DNA of 64,000 nucleotides from an uncultured delta proteobacterium (GTDB lineage Bacteria; Desulfobacterota; Binatia; DP-6): NCBI GenBank assembly GCA_963851365.1, contig CAWKPA010000001.1, positions 40,390 to 104,389 of the forward strand, read 5' to 3'. Shown piece by piece: positions 26,550 to 35,262 of this stretch (position 1 is its first letter; each line of letters starts with the position of its first letter). The notes under the pieces were generated by a model. It saw only the letters and a program-made list of their open reading frames with translations, ran no database searches and was not told where the DNA came from. The position numbers and the translations under genes were made by a program.

Positions 26550-27806
26550 TCAGCCGATCCGATGGGCCGCCGCGGACCGCACGCCGCGCACGGAGCGCGG
26601 CGCCCGCGGTCGCAGCCGCAGGAACGCCTCGATCTCGTCGATCCGGGCGTGCGCGTCGCGGTACCCGATGTCGAGCAACGTGCGCGTGTAGGCGCCGTCG
26701 AAGAGGAGGTAGCTCATCAGGTCGGCGCTCTGTGCGTCCGGGGTACCGAGGCCGTCGATCATGTACCGCACCAGCCGCGGCATGCGCGATTCGAACCGCC
26801 GCGCCACCAGCGCCAGGTCTTCCGACGGGCTGACGACGAGCGGCGTGACGATCCGCATCGGCTCCGCGACCGCCTCCAGGATCGGGCCACCACCGGGCGC
26901 CGGGCCACGCGACTGGCGCACCAGGTCGTTCATGCGCTGCAAGTGGTCCAAATCGGCGTCGAGGTGGTCCAGGAAGATCGCGTTCAGGAAGACGCCGCAG
27001 ATCTGTGCGAGGGGCGGGCAGACCACCGGCCCCGACACGCCGGCTTCCTCCGCGCTGGCGAGTTCCTCTCGCGACAACGTGTCGGCGGCACGTTGCGAGC
27101 GGACCCCGACCGCCAGGATGCGGTCGGCGCCAAGGCGGATCGCCGGGCTGAACGGGGTCACCAGCCGGAGCGCTCCGTCGCCGAAGTAGAGGTCACCGGC
27201 GGCCGACCGCACCCGGGTGGGCGGGAAGAGGATCGGGATGGCTGCCGACGCGCACACGTGGTCGACCGTCAGGTCGACCGGCAGGACGACGCGCCGCGAC
27301 TTCCGCCACACCGGATGACCGTCGCGCCCCTGGATGAAGGTGAAGCAGCGGCCCGAATGGTAGCTCGTGGCCGTGATGGCGACGGCATAGAGGTGGCCGC
27401 GGGCGATGGCGCCCGGGATGCCGTCGAGCGCCAGGTGGCGCCCGAGGAACTCCCGTAGCGGGGCGGTGTCGAAGAGCGCCGACGTGACGGTGTGACCGAG
27501 GAGTCCGCCGAGCGCCACGTCGCGCACCAGCCCGAGCCCGCCCCAGGCGAGCGACCAGGCGTCGGTGCGGAACACCTGTGCCACCTCGAGCTGGGACCAC
27601 AGGGTGGCCAGCCGCCGGGTCGCATCGGGGAGGTCCGCGCTGCCGGCAGCCACCGCCGCTCCGTTGATGGCGCCTGCCGACGCTCCGGCGACGATCGCGA
27701 AGGGCGAGGCTCCGTCGCGGAAGGCGGGGATCTCGCCGATCCGCTTGAGCACGCCCGCCTGGTAGGCGCCGCGCGCCCCACCGGCCGTCAGCACGAGTCC
27801 GAGCAT
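26550..27806 (-). CDS. patatin-like phospholipase
   Basis: LVLTAGGARGAYQAGVL (oxyanion loop), VAGASAGAING (GxSxG) and YFGDGALR (catalytic Asp). ATG 27806. Confidence 0.85.
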   Translation of the reverse strand: MLGLVLTAGGARGAYQAGVLKRIGEIPAFRDGASPFAIVAGASAGAINGAAVAAGSADLPDATRRLATLWSQLEVAQVFRTDAWSLAWGGLGLVRDVALGGLLGHTVTSALFDTAPLREFLGRHLALDGIPGAIARGHLYAVAITATSYHSGRCFTFIQGRDGHPVWRKSRRVVLPVDLTVDHVCASAAIPILFPPTRVRSAAGDLYFGDGALRLVTPFSPAIRLGADRILAVGVRSQRAADTLSREELASAEEAGVSGPVVCPPLAQICGVFLNAIFLDHLDADLDHLQRMNDLVRQSRGPAPGGGPILEAVAEPMRIVTPLVVSPSEDLALVARRFESRMPRLVRYMIDGLGTPDAQSADLMSYLLFDGAYTRTLLDIGYRDAHARIDEIEAFLRLRPRAPRSVRGVRSAAAHRIG

Positions 27807-27946
27807 TGGTTGGGCCTCCCCGGCGGCATCGAGCAATGGCGATGCCAAGACGCGCGGCGAGCGTGCGAAGGCCGCCAGTCCAGCCCAGGCGCTCGCTGCC
27901 CGTCCGGGCAGCACCGGCTGATGCCCGAACGCGCAGGGTGGGTCGC

Positions 27947-28510
27947 TCAGCCCCCTGCCAGCAGCGCGCTCTTGAGCCCGCCGTCGACGGGATGCGCCCC
28001 GATCCAAGCGCTGAACAGCACGTCGGCGAAGTCCTTGCCCTCGACCGTTCCGAGGTCGCGACCGTTCGCGCCCACCGTGGTCCCAGTGCCTGGCGCGTAC
28101 GTCAACGTGATCACCTCGCCCGCGGCGGCGTTCGGAAACATCGCCTTGAAGCGGTCGAGCCGCGCCTGGAGCCGTGCGCTGGCGGCGCCGGCGTTCGCGG
28201 TGAAGGCATCGGCAATCGCCGCCGCCATCTCGTCGCCGTCCACCGCCCGCAGCATGTGGAGCTCGGCCCGACGGACCTGGTCGGCGGCCAGAATGGCCGC
28301 GGCGTCACGGGTCGCTTGCTCGAGATAGAGCCCGATGGCGTAGACCTTGATGAAGAACCGGCTCCGCAGGCCGGCGCCGTTGAGCGCGAGCGTCTTGCCG
28401 CCAGCCTGGACCGTGGCCGGGAAGCGCACGCCGGCGACCTCCTTGGCCCGGGCCGGGAGCGCCATCAGCGCCCCGACCACGAGCACCGCCCCCACGAACC
28501 GTCTCCGCAT
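27947..28510 (-). CDS. secreted chalcone-isomerase-like (fatty-acid-binding type) protein
   Basis: Signal peptide MRRRFVGAVLVVGALMALPARA. LALNGAGLRSRFFIKVYAIGLYL is the typical CHI-like core. Confidence 0.7.
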   Translation of the reverse strand: MRRRFVGAVLVVGALMALPARAKEVAGVRFPATVQAGGKTLALNGAGLRSRFFIKVYAIGLYLEQATRDAAAILAADQVRRAELHMLRAVDGDEMAAAIADAFTANAGAASARLQARLDRFKAMFPNAAAGEVITLTYAPGTGTTVGANGRDLGTVEGKDFADVLFSAWIGAHPVDGGLKSALLAGG

Positions 28511-28619
28511 GGGACGACCCTCCTGGGCCGCCTGTAGCGCCATCGCACCATCGCGGCAATGCCGGTGCGTCCGTGCCGGCGCTTGGCTGAGCGGCGCGGG
28601 CATGCGAGACCGTCCGGGC

Positions 28620-29504
28620 ATGGACATCGGACGCGTCGGCCTCTGGACCTTTGCCTTCGAGTTGCAGCCCGCCACCCGTGCGCGGGAGGTGGCTGCCGAG
28701 CTCGAAGCGCTCGGTTGGCCCACGGTATGGATCCCCGAGGCGATGGGACGCGAGGCGTTCACCCACGCGGCCCTGCTGCTGGCCGGCACCAAGCGGCTGG
28801 TCGTCGCAACGGGCATCGCCAACGTGTGGGCGCGCGACGCCATGGCCATGGCCGCCGCGCAGAAGACGCTCGACGAGGCCTTCCCCGACCGTTTCCTCCT
28901 CGGCATCGGGGTATCGCACGCGCCGCTGGTCGAGGGCATGCGCGGCCACCGCTACGAAAAGCCGCTGTCCTTCATGAGGCGCTACCTGGACGCGATGGAT
29001 GCCGCGCCCTTCATGGCCATGCCGCCGACCACCCCGCCCCAACGGGTGATCGGCGCGCTGGCGCCGAAGATGCTGAAGCTCTCGGCCGAGCGCACGCGCG
29101 GGGCGCATCCGTACTTCGTCCCGCCCGAGCACACCGCGCGCGCGCGCACGATCATGGGCGCGGGCCCGCTGCTGGCTCCCGAGCAGGCCGTCGTCCTCGA
29201 AACCGACCCGAGCGCCGCGCGCGCCGTCGCTCGCGGACACATGGCGATGTACCTGGGCCTCCCCAACTACGCCGACAACCTCCGCCGCCTCGGCTTCTCC
29301 GACGACGACATCGCGAACGGCGGCAGCGATCGCCTGGTCGATGCCATCGTGGCCTGGGGCGACGTCGATGCCATCCGCGCGCGCGTGCGCGCCCACCACG
29401 ACGCAGGCGCCGACCACGTCTGCGTGCAGGTGCTGACGGCAGACCCCCGCGCGTTGCCGATGGCGGAATGGCGGACCCTGGCGCCTGCGCTGCTCGGCAT
29501 GTGA
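28620..29504 (+). CDS. luciferase-like monooxygenase (LLM) class oxidoreductase, probable F420-dependent type
   Basis: MDIGRVGLWTFAF...ELEALGWPTVWIPEAMGREAF..RFLLGIGVSH resembles the MSMEG_4141-type F420-dependent LLM family. Alternative start 28602. Confidence 0.75.
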   Translation: MDIGRVGLWTFAFELQPATRAREVAAELEALGWPTVWIPEAMGREAFTHAALLLAGTKRLVVATGIANVWARDAMAMAAAQKTLDEAFPDRFLLGIGVSHAPLVEGMRGHRYEKPLSFMRRYLDAMDAAPFMAMPPTTPPQRVIGALAPKMLKLSAERTRGAHPYFVPPEHTARARTIMGAGPLLAPEQAVVLETDPSAARAVARGHMAMYLGLPNYADNLRRLGFSDDDIANGGSDRLVDAIVAWGDVDAIRARVRAHHDAGADHVCVQVLTADPRALPMAEWRTLAPALLGM

Positions 29505-29542
29505 CGGCTGGCGCCGGCCCCCCGGACGGCTAGAATCCCGCC

Positions 29543-30757
29543 GTGGCCCTGCTGTCCCCGCTCAGCGACGACCAACGCACCACGCTGCTGGTCGTGTCGC
29601 TCGCGCCGAAGGCGCTGCGCAAGCTGGTCGGCCGGCTCGGCACCGCGCCGTCCGGCACGCGGCTGGAGTCCATGTCGGTATGGGATCTCGCCTGGAGCCT
29701 CGTCGACTACTACGACAGCGACCTGGAGGTGGCACGCGAGGTGGATCGGACGGTGCAAAAGGAGCTGGGCGACCCCCCGCTGCTCTCGGCCGCCCGCGGC
29801 GAAGGCGCGCCCGACGCGCTCGCCGCTCTCGTGCTGTCGTCACGCGATCCCCTGCGCGAGCTGGCCTGGGCGTTGCTGGCGGCCGGCGGCCCGGACGCGG
29901 CCGCCCGGGCGGCGGAGCTCGTGGAAGCGATCGTCAAGGAGTTCGACGAAGCCGACGCGCGCGCCAAGGCCGAGGAAGAGGAGGAGGCCGCCGCCGCGCC
30001 GTCCGAGGCGCCTCCCGGAGAGACCGAGGCCGAGCGGTTGGCTCGCGAGAAGGCGAAGGAGGCCACGCAGGCGCAGCGCGCGCGCGCCCGCGCGCTGAAG
30101 CGCGTCGACAGCATGAAGGATCGGCTCGTCGAGCTGGAGACCGGTCTCGCCGCCGCGCGGCGCGACCTCCGCACGGCGGAGGAATCGCGGACGCAGGTCG
30201 AGGCGGACCGCGATCGGCTGCTGCGCGAGCGCGACGCACTCAAGACGCAGCTCCAGACGGGCACCGCCGGCGAGGTGGCCAGGCTCCGCGACGAGCTGGA
30301 GACGGCGCAACGTCGGCTCCGCAACCTGGACGCGGAGCTGGAGGAAGCGCGCGACGCCGAGGCTGCGCTCACCGCGAAGCTCCGCGAGCTGTCGGACCGA
30401 CGACCCGCGCAGGCCGCCGGCGAGGAAGGCGAGCAGGCCGCGGCGGCAGCCACGGCCACCTGGAGCTTGCCGGTCTTCAGCGACGAGTTCTACGACTCGA
30501 TCCGGCGCTGGGACCGCAAGATCGTCCGCAACGCGTTCGAGAAGATCCACCGCCTGAGCGACGACTGGCGGCACCCCAGCCTGCGCGCCATCCCGCTGGA
30601 GGGCCTGCCCGGCTGCTACCGCATCCGGGTTGCCACCGACGTGCGGCTCATCTACCGGCCGCTCGACGGCAATCGCGTGGAGATCATGTCCCTCATCGAC
30701 CGTGAGGACCTCCAGCGCTACATCCGCCAGGCGAAGACGCGCACCGGCACGTCGTAG
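29543..30757 (+). CDS. three-part protein: helical N-domain, ~170-aa coiled coil, C-terminal RelE/ParE-toxin-like domain
   Basis: Strong GC3 bias throughout. Central E/R/A/L heptad-rich segment. C-terminal FSDEFYDSIRRWDRKIV..LEGLPGCYRIRVATDVRLIYRPLDGNRVEIMSLIDREDLQRY follows the RelE/ParE template. GTG start at 29543 has no clear SD. Confidence 0.7.
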   Translation: MALLSPLSDDQRTTLLVVSLAPKALRKLVGRLGTAPSGTRLESMSVWDLAWSLVDYYDSDLEVAREVDRTVQKELGDPPLLSAARGEGAPDALAALVLSSRDPLRELAWALLAAGGPDAAARAAELVEAIVKEFDEADARAKAEEEEEAAAAPSEAPPGETEAERLAREKAKEATQAQRARARALKRVDSMKDRLVELETGLAAARRDLRTAEESRTQVEADRDRLLRERDALKTQLQTGTAGEVARLRDELETAQRRLRNLDAELEEARDAEAALTAKLRELSDRRPAQAAGEEGEQAAAAATATWSLPVFSDEFYDSIRRWDRKIVRNAFEKIHRLSDDWRHPSLRAIPLEGLPGCYRIRVATDVRLIYRPLDGNRVEIMSLIDREDLQRYIRQAKTRTGTS

Positions 30758-30913
30758 CGCCGCGGCAGACGACGCCGCGACGGCCGCACCCACCCGGCTC
30801 CCGACCCCGCCACCGCGATTGCGGTCACGGCACGCCCATCGCGCTCCGCATCGCCGCCCGCCCACGCCCCACCAGCGGGTTCCGCCGCGTCTCCCCGACG
30901 GAGGCATCAGTCG

Positions 30914-31444
30914 ATGGAGCGGATGGCGAGTCGCGTTGCGATACTGGCTCTGGCACTGGGCGGTGTGCTCGGGCGGCCCGCGCCGGCGCCGGCTCAACCC
31001 TGTCCGGCCGCCTGCGGCGTCCAACGCAGCGCCTGCCTGCAAGTGGCCCGCGTGACCAAGGCGGGCTGCGCCGAGACGTGTCGGGCGGGCGTCGTCGCGA
31101 TGGAACGCGGCGCCTGTCTCGCGGCCTGCGCCGCGGACGTCCAGACGGCCAGGGGAGCGTGCCGCGCCGAGCACGCGGGCTGCCTGAACGACTGCGGCAC
31201 GGCGAGCGGCTCGAACGGATGCGCCACCGGTTGTCGGGGGGAACTCGCCGAGTGCGTCCAGGACGTCACGGCCGACGTCCAGACGTGCCTCGCCACGTGC
31301 CGCGGCCCCGGCACCTCCTACGAGTGCGCCATGGACTGCGCCGGCGTGCTCGAAGAAGGAACGGTCGCGTGTCAGGAGGACGCACGCCTGTGCGCGGTGT
31401 CATGCGCCGGCTCGCCGGCCGACCGGGCCACGCGCGGCGAATAG
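30914..31444 (+). CDS. secreted cysteine-rich repeat protein (20 Cys, seven C-x3-C motifs)
   Basis: Signal peptide MASRVAILALALGGVLGRPAPAPAQ. Repeating pattern C-x6-10-C-x3-C (CAETC, CLAAC, CLNDC, CATGC, CLATC, CAMDC, CAVSC). Confidence 0.65.
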   Translation: MERMASRVAILALALGGVLGRPAPAPAQPCPAACGVQRSACLQVARVTKAGCAETCRAGVVAMERGACLAACAADVQTARGACRAEHAGCLNDCGTASGSNGCATGCRGELAECVQDVTADVQTCLATCRGPGTSYECAMDCAGVLEEGTVACQEDARLCAVSCAGSPADRATRGE

Positions 31445-31480
31445 CATCGGCGCACCGGCTTTGGGCGCGGCGCACCGCCG

Positions 31481-32380
31481 TCAGAGGTACTGCGGTTCGC
31501 GCGGCGCATCGCCGAACAGCTCGTCCTTGCGGGCCGCCAGGTCTTCGGCGGTGAGCGCGCCGTCCTGCGAGAGCTGGTTCACGATGCTCCAGCCCCGCAG
31601 CAGCACCACCTGCCCACCCCAGACGATGAAGCCCTGGCCGTTCAGATCCGCGGCGTGCTCGCTGGCGAGGAACACCACCAGCTCGGCCGGCCAGGCAGGG
31701 TGAAAGGTGTCGAAGCCCGACTCGGGCTGGTCGAACATCGAGGAATTGGGCATCGACTCGGTCATGCGCGTGCGGGCGCGCGGTGCGATGAAGTTCGCCC
31801 GCACGCCGTAGCGGCCCATCTCGCGGGCGATGCTCACGGTCAGCGCCGCGATCGCGGCCTTTGCCATCGCATAGTTGCTGTTGCCGGCCGTGCCCATGAG
31901 GCCGGCCTCCGACGACGTGTTGATCACGCGGCCGTAGACGCCGCCGTCACGCTTCGCGACGTCGCGCCAGCGCGCGCAGGCGTGGCGGATCATCGCGAAA
32001 TGGCCCTTGCAGTGCACCTTCATGACCAGGTCGAACTCCTCCTCCGCCATGTTGAAGCTCATGCGGTCGCGGAGGACGCCCGCGTTGTTCACCAGCACGT
32101 CGAGCCGCCCGAATCGGTCCCAGGCTTGCGCGACGAGGCGTCGCGCGCCCTCCCAGTCGCTCACGTCCTCGCCGCTGACGAGGGCCGTGCCACCGGCGGC
32201 GGTGATCGTCTGCGCCACCTCCTGGGCCGGGGAAACGTCCGTGCCCTCCCCCGTCAAGGACGCCCCGAGGTCGTTGACGATCACGGAGGCCCCGTGACGC
32301 GCGAGCGCGAGCGCCTCCTCGCGGCCGAGACCGCGCCCGGCTCCGGTGACGATGGCGACCTTCCCGTCGAGCATACCCAT
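31481..32380 (-). CDS. short-chain dehydrogenase/reductase (extended C-terminus)
   Basis: Contains VTGAGRGLGREEAL, NNAG and YAMAKAA (YxxxK). ATG 32380. Confidence 0.85.
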   Translation of the reverse strand: MGMLDGKVAIVTGAGRGLGREEALALARHGASVIVNDLGASLTGEGTDVSPAQEVAQTITAAGGTALVSGEDVSDWEGARRLVAQAWDRFGRLDVLVNNAGVLRDRMSFNMAEEEFDLVMKVHCKGHFAMIRHACARWRDVAKRDGGVYGRVINTSSEAGLMGTAGNSNYAMAKAAIAALTVSIAREMGRYGVRANFIAPRARTRMTESMPNSSMFDQPESGFDTFHPAWPAELVVFLASEHAADLNGQGFIVWGGQVVLLRGWSIVNQLSQDGALTAEDLAARKDELFGDAPREPQYL

Positions 32381-32546
32381 GGCATTCGCGGCTAGCCCAC
32401 CGCCGGCCACAGGGTCAAACCCGTCGCGGCCGTCTGCCCCGGCGCCGGCTGGCGCTGCGCCAACCGCGTGATCGCGACGGCCCCGGCCGGTCACTCCGAA
32501 CGCCTGCACCGCTGACCGCGCGAGCGGATCGCGCTACACTCATGCG

Positions 32547-33995
32547 GTGTCCCGAACCGCCTTCCTCGCCACCGGCGCCGCGGTGGTGCTGCTCGCCGCG
32601 GCGCTGCGCCTGCCCGGGTTGGACGACCAGAGCCTTTGGAGCGACGAGATCTACAGCATCGAGTCGGCGACCTGGCCGGTGCCGGTGCTCCTGACGGTGC
32701 GGGACGGTCACCCGCCGCTGTACGGGCTGCTCATCAAGGCGCTCGACCAGATGGCGCCGTCGGATCTGCACGGCCGCGCGATCTCGGCCGTCGCGGGCAT
32801 CGCAACGGTCGCCGCCATGCTCGGGCTGGGCGCCGCGGTCGCCGGACGGCCGGCGGCGCTGATCGCGGCGGGGCTGCTCGCGGTCTCGCCGCTGCACGTG
32901 TGGTACTCCCGGGAGGGGCGGATGTACGCGCTCCTCGTGCTGTGGACCGTGCTCGGCTCCTGGCTGTTCGTGCGCGCGCTCCGCGACGGTGCGCGGCGCG
33001 CCTGGGCAGGCTTCGCGCTCGTCAGCGTGGCCGGCCTGGCGACCCACTATCTCTACGGCCCGGTCCTGCTCGCGCAGGCGGCGTTCGTCGGGCTGCGGTT
33101 CGCGGCGGGCGCCGTCTCGCGCCGCCGCCTCGCGCTCGCCGCCGGCGCCATGCTCGGCCTCGCCGCGATCGGGCTCGTCCTCCTGGGCGACGAGGCGGCG
33201 GGCGTCGTCGCGCGCCGGCGCCGCTTCGAATGGATGGCGCTCCCCTACACCGCGTTCACGTTCATCGGGGGTTTCGGTCTCGGTCCGCCGGTCGGGCTGC
33301 TGCAACGCGACCGCAGCCTGGCGACGATCGCGGCGTACTGGCCGGAGCTGGCGGCGGCCGCGGTCGCCGCCGGCGCGATGGCGTGGGCCGCGCGCCGCGC
33401 GCTGCCGTCGGCGGGCCCCTGGGGCCTCTACCTCGTCTGCTGGTTGCTCGTGCCCGCCGCCGTCGTGTTCGGGGGGGCGTGGCTCGCCGACGGCACCTAC
33501 ACGGTGCGCTACCTCCTGCCCGCGCTCCCGGCCTTCGTGCTGTTGGCCGCGATCGGCCTCGTCGGCCTGCCCCGGCGGTGGGGCGCACTCCTGGCCGCCC
33601 TGGTGGGGGTGCTGGCCTCGGTCGCGATCGCCCGCGATCGCCTGGACCCGCGCTACCAGCGCGACGACCTGCGCGGCGCCGCGCATTGGCTGCGAGCACA
33701 CGCGGGCACGCAGCAGCGGATCCTCGCGAGCGCATCGTACATTCCCGTCGGGCTGCGCCACTACGAGGGCGCGCTGCAGCTGGAGCCGCTCGCGCCCCGC
33801 GCCCTCGGCAGCGCTGCCGAGGCCGAGGCGCTCGTCGCCGCGCTGGCAGACACCGGGGGATGGCTGGTGCTCAGCCGGGAGTGGGAAGACGACCCGGCGG
33901 GTCATCTCGCCCGGGCGATCGCCGCGCGGGCGCCGGGGGTGGAAGTGGCGCGCTTCCCCGGGATCCGGATCTTCCGGTTCCGTCCGGACGCCTGA
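32547..33995 (+). CDS. GT-C fold membrane glycosyltransferase (family 39-like)
   Basis: LRLPGLDDQSLWSDEIYSI...DGHPPLYGLLIK..SPLHVWYSREGRMYAL with about 10 TM helices. GTG start. Confidence 0.75.
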   Translation: MSRTAFLATGAAVVLLAAALRLPGLDDQSLWSDEIYSIESATWPVPVLLTVRDGHPPLYGLLIKALDQMAPSDLHGRAISAVAGIATVAAMLGLGAAVAGRPAALIAAGLLAVSPLHVWYSREGRMYALLVLWTVLGSWLFVRALRDGARRAWAGFALVSVAGLATHYLYGPVLLAQAAFVGLRFAAGAVSRRRLALAAGAMLGLAAIGLVLLGDEAAGVVARRRRFEWMALPYTAFTFIGGFGLGPPVGLLQRDRSLATIAAYWPELAAAAVAAGAMAWAARRALPSAGPWGLYLVCWLLVPAAVVFGGAWLADGTYTVRYLLPALPAFVLLAAIGLVGLPRRWGALLAALVGVLASVAIARDRLDPRYQRDDLRGAAHWLRAHAGTQQRILASASYIPVGLRHYEGALQLEPLAPRALGSAAEAEALVAALADTGGWLVLSREWEDDPAGHLARAIAARAPGVEVARFPGIRIFRFRPDA

Positions 33996-35262
33996 GGTCG
34001 AACGCGACGCCCGCGACCGCGCCCTGCACGGCCGCCCACCAGAGTCGCACCTCGCCACGCCGCCGCGACCGCAGCGCCTCGCGCAGCCACCAGGCGTAGA
34101 AGATCGGCAACTGCAGCGCGAGCCGGCCCGCGTCGCCCCAATGACGATGGCGGGCGAGCTGCACCCGCAAGGCGGCGACGTGCCCGCGCATGTAGTCGTG
34201 CCACTGCCGCCGCAGGCCGTCGTGGTCGAGCCGGTGGAAGTGGAACACGACCGCGGCCGGCTCGTACACGCAACGCCCGCCGTCCGCCAAGAGGCGGTAC
34301 CAGAACTCCGAGTCCTCGCTGCATCCGGCCGCGCCCGCGCCGAGCCGCTCGTCGAAGAGGCCGACCCGCGAGAAGGCGTCGCGCCGCACGGCCATGTTGG
34401 CGCCGGCGCCGATGTCCCACACGGGCGCTCCCCAGATGCGCACGCGGGCGAACCAGTGCGCGTCGAAGACGCGGCGGCGGAACTCGTCGTTGAACGCCCA
34501 CATGCGCGCTTCGGCCTGGCGCTGCGCCTCGGTTTCGAGTTCGCCGGGAAGCACCTGTCCGGTGACCGCGAGGACCTCGCGCGCCGCGAAGGAGGCCACC
34601 AGGCGGCCGAGCCAGTCCGGATCGACGATCACGTCGTCGTCGGTGAACGCCACCACGGCGCCCGTCGTTTCGCGCACGCCGGTGTTGCGCGCGACGCTGA
34701 GCCCCGGGCGCGGCTCGCAGACGTACCGGACCCCGGGCAGCGCCGCCACCAGCGCTCGCGTCCGGTCGCTGGTGGGCGCGTTGTCGACCACCAGGATCTC
34801 CCGCGGGCGGTGCCGGAGGGCGTGGAGGGACGTCAGGCAGCGCCCGAGCGCATCCGGGCGGTCGCGGGTGCACACCACCACCGAGGCGTCGGCGTCTCCG
34901 GGCGGAGGCGGAGCGACGGCGGGCACGGCGCGGAGCGCCGCCAGCGGCCGCTCGCAGGCGAGGAGCGGGGCCGCGTCGCCTGGCGCCGGCGGCGCGTCCC
35001 GCAGCCCCGGTAGGCGCGGCTCGAACCCGGTGTCGAACAGTCGCGCCCCGACGGCCGGCGCCACCGCCTGGCTGGCCAGCACCGCGAGACCGGCGGTCGA
35101 GAGCGGCAGGGCGTCGGGCGGCACCTGGCACCGCCCGACGGGCAGGCGCCCGAGCCAGAAGATCAGCTCCAGACCGTCCGCCCCGGCGTCGCCCGCGACC
35201 GCCGCCAGCGGCGCCGCGAGATCCACCTGGACGATGTCGCGCCGCCGCGCGACCCCGCTCAC
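33871..35262 (-). CDS. glycosyltransferase family 2 with ~130-aa N-terminal extension
   Basis: VVVCTRDRPDAL..ILVVDNAPTSD..AFTDDDVIVDPDWL. GTG start overlaps the upstream stop (GTGA at 35259-35262). The last ~40 aa are low-complexity and overlap the convergent GT39 gene. Confidence 0.75.
   Translation of the reverse strand: MSGVARRRDIVQVDLAAPLAAVAGDAGADGLELIFWLGRLPVGRCQVPPDALPLSTAGLAVLASQAVAPAVGARLFDTGFEPRLPGLRDAPPAPGDAAPLLACERPLAALRAVPAVAPPPPGDADASVVVCTRDRPDALGRCLTSLHALRHRPREILVVDNAPTSDRTRALVAALPGVRYVCEPRPGLSVARNTGVRETTGAVVAFTDDDVIVDPDWLGRLVASFAAREVLAVTGQVLPGELETEAQRQAEARMWAFNDEFRRRVFDAHWFARVRIWGAPVWDIGAGANMAVRRDAFSRVGLFDERLGAGAAGCSEDSEFWYRLLADGGRCVYEPAAVVFHFHRLDHDGLRRQWHDYMRGHVAALRVQLARHRHWGDAGRLALQLPIFYAWWLREALRSRRRGEVRLWWAAVQGAVAGVAFDLRRPDGTGRSGSRGSAPLPPPAPARRSPGRDDPPGRLPTPG

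Noticed and set aside
26788-26797. GATTCGAACC, the reverse complement of a tRNA T-loop-like GGTTCGAATC
   Set aside because: It lies inside the well-supported patatin CDS, and I could not find flanking acceptor, anticodon or D-arm complementarity.
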